Origin: Candidatus Undinarchaeales archaeon
Lineage (GTDB): Archaea > SpSt-1190 > JASMDC01
Length of the DNA stretch: 37,250 bases
Direction of reading: 5' to 3'
Assembly: GCA_030753015.1 (NCBI GenBank)
Contig: JASMDC010000029.1
Span: 7,002 to 44,251 of the forward strand
Below the pieces are notes generated by a model. That model was not told where the DNA came from and did not search any database. It saw nothing but the letters and a program-made list of their open reading frames with translations. The position numbers and the translations under genes are program-made. Shown piece after piece: positions 35,820 through 37,250 of the stretch (positions are counted from its first letter, which is position 1; each line of letters starts with the position of its first letter).

Positions 35820-37112
35820 CTAGCCGTCACCTGATAGCAGCCATATCCACAACGGTACGAACGAGATCCCTCCCTCTTTTCTTTCCAGGTTTCTCGTAAG
35901 GATGATCATATCTCTCGTTCTCTCGAAGCGCTCACTGAACTCCATGAGGGCGTTCACCTCGCGTTCGCTGACCGTGTCCGTGTACGTGACGTTAAGCGCC
36001 GACAGCGTCCGGTCCCTGTTCTTTATGATGAAATCGACCTCGCCCTTCCCCTTCCAATAGTAGACGTCCTTGTCCCTCCGTCTCAGCTCCACTAGTACCA
36101 GGTTCTCGGCCAGCTTGCCCTTGTCGCCCGAGAACCTGAAGGACACGGCGTTCCTCAAACCGTTGTCGATGCAGTACACCTTCGATGGAAGGGTCTTCTG
36201 CTCCTTGAAAGAATAGGAGAAATGGTCCAAGATGAAGAAGAGACGCGCCTCCTCGAAGCAGGAAAGGTACTTCTTTATCGTGTCGTACGAGAGGCCCATG
36301 CTTCCGCGCAGGCTTCTGAGAGAGATGGTGCCGGCGATGTTCGTCATGAGGAACAGTGCGAGGTCCCTGACCTTACGACTGCTCAGGTCGTGTCGTTCGA
36401 CTATGTCCTTGTACAGGATGTCGTCAAAGTACTGCGCAAGGAGCCTCATCTTGAACCGTTCGGGTTTAAAGTAGACCTCCGGGAACCCGCCCCGCTCCAT
36501 GTACCGCTCGAGCCGGTTCAGCAGCCGGTGTCTTGTCTCCTCTCCGATAGGACCTCTCCCTCCCTTCCCGACATCGGGCCGCTCGTTACCGAAATCGAGG
36601 AACTCCAGGTATGAGAGTAGGAACACCTCGAACGTGAGGTTCCTGCCCGTGAGGAGCGTGGCGTACTCCCGCTTCAGGAGGGACGAGGAGGAGCCAGAGA
36701 TGACGAACTTGTCCTTCGTCCTTCGGTCGTAACGCTTGCGGATCCAGGCCTCCCATCCCTCCCGACGATGGACCTCGTCGAGGAAGATGTACGCGTTATC
36801 GTCCGGATTGATGGCCTCCCTGTAGGCGGTGTACATCTCGTCGAGCCCGATCCCCGCCAGTGCTTTATCTTCCAAGTTGACGAAGAGGATCTGTTCGGGG
36901 CGGGCACCCCTGTTCAAGAGGTCACCTATCATCTGGTACATCAACGTGCTCTTTCCCGAACGCCTCGCTCCAGTAAGGACCGTTACTTCCCGAACGTCGA
37001 CAGAGGCGATAAGGTCCTCGTATGCCGACCTGTGGACGCCTTCGAGCTCTCCGATGAGGTCCCTTCGCTCCCACCAAGGATTCCAGTCACCCAGCGCCTC
37101 GATCAGCTCCAA
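35820..37112 (-). CDS. AAA+ superfamily ATPase (AAA_14 + DUF4143, COG1373-type)
   Basis: N-terminal WNPWW, Walker A GARRSGKST, Walker B YIFLDEV, ISGSSS, LTGR, GGFPE, KVYCIDNGL, ENLV and EVDFI. TTG start preceded by GGGGTGAT. Confidence 0.92.
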   Translation of the reverse strand: MELIEALGDWNPWWERRDLIGELEGVHRSAYEDLIASVDVREVTVLTGARRSGKSTLMYQMIGDLLNRGARPEQILFVNLEDKALAGIGLDEMYTAYREAINPDDNAYIFLDEVHRREGWEAWIRKRYDRRTKDKFVISGSSSSLLKREYATLLTGRNLTFEVFLLSYLEFLDFGNERPDVGKGGRGPIGEETRHRLLNRLERYMERGGFPEVYFKPERFKMRLLAQYFDDILYKDIVERHDLSSRKVRDLALFLMTNIAGTISLRSLRGSMGLSYDTIKKYLSCFEEARLFFILDHFSYSFKEQKTLPSKVYCIDNGLRNAVSFRFSGDKGKLAENLVLVELRRRDKDVYYWKGKGEVDFIIKNRDRTLSALNVTYTDTVSEREVNALMEFSERFERTRDMIILTRNLERKEGGISFVPLWIWLLSGDG

Positions 37113-37250
37113 AGTACATCACCCCTGTTACAATATAATGTAGCTTTTCAGTAATATATGTTACGTTTTAATGTGCTTTGTTGCATAACTAACCTTTTCT
37201 CGGCTCCAATCCCTTGTCCTCTTCGACAGTCAGGTCGACCACCCAGTTGA

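Noticed and set aside
1-37250. Diversity-generating retroelement or invertase-driven variation of the paralogs
   Set aside because: No reverse transcriptase or recombinase gene, and no template/variable repeat pair with adenine-specific mismatches, was seen in the window.

Overview
GC-rich archaeal DNA, judged from the archaeal-type ribK/RbkR, mtd and ftr genes, TATA-like promoters and class III prepilin signals. About 31 of the 37 kb is an uncharacterised, paralog-expanded cluster of Cys-rich surface proteins in three families. Family A: about 600-aa proteins with an archaeal type IV pilin-like 'RG/Q + hydrophobic helix' N-terminus (three copies, the first truncated by the window edge). Family B: about 910-930-aa secreted Ig/MG-like and Cys-rich proteins, each translationally coupled to a downstream A gene (two copies). 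Family C: three tandem giant (2.1-2.6 kaa) secreted proteins, each with a Kazal-type module. The third giant carries an in-frame insertion of most of a family A ectodomain, which links the families into one putative system. Between the two blocks lie ribK (divergent from mtd-ftr), an AT-richer spacer with three unannotated paralogous 25-35 aa hydrophobic peptides, and a membrane-anchored wHTH gene divergent from the second B-A pair. An AAA_14/DUF4143-type ATPase ends the window. I saw no rRNA, tRNA, CRISPR array or transposase. All family assignments come from reading motifs by eye, with no database search.
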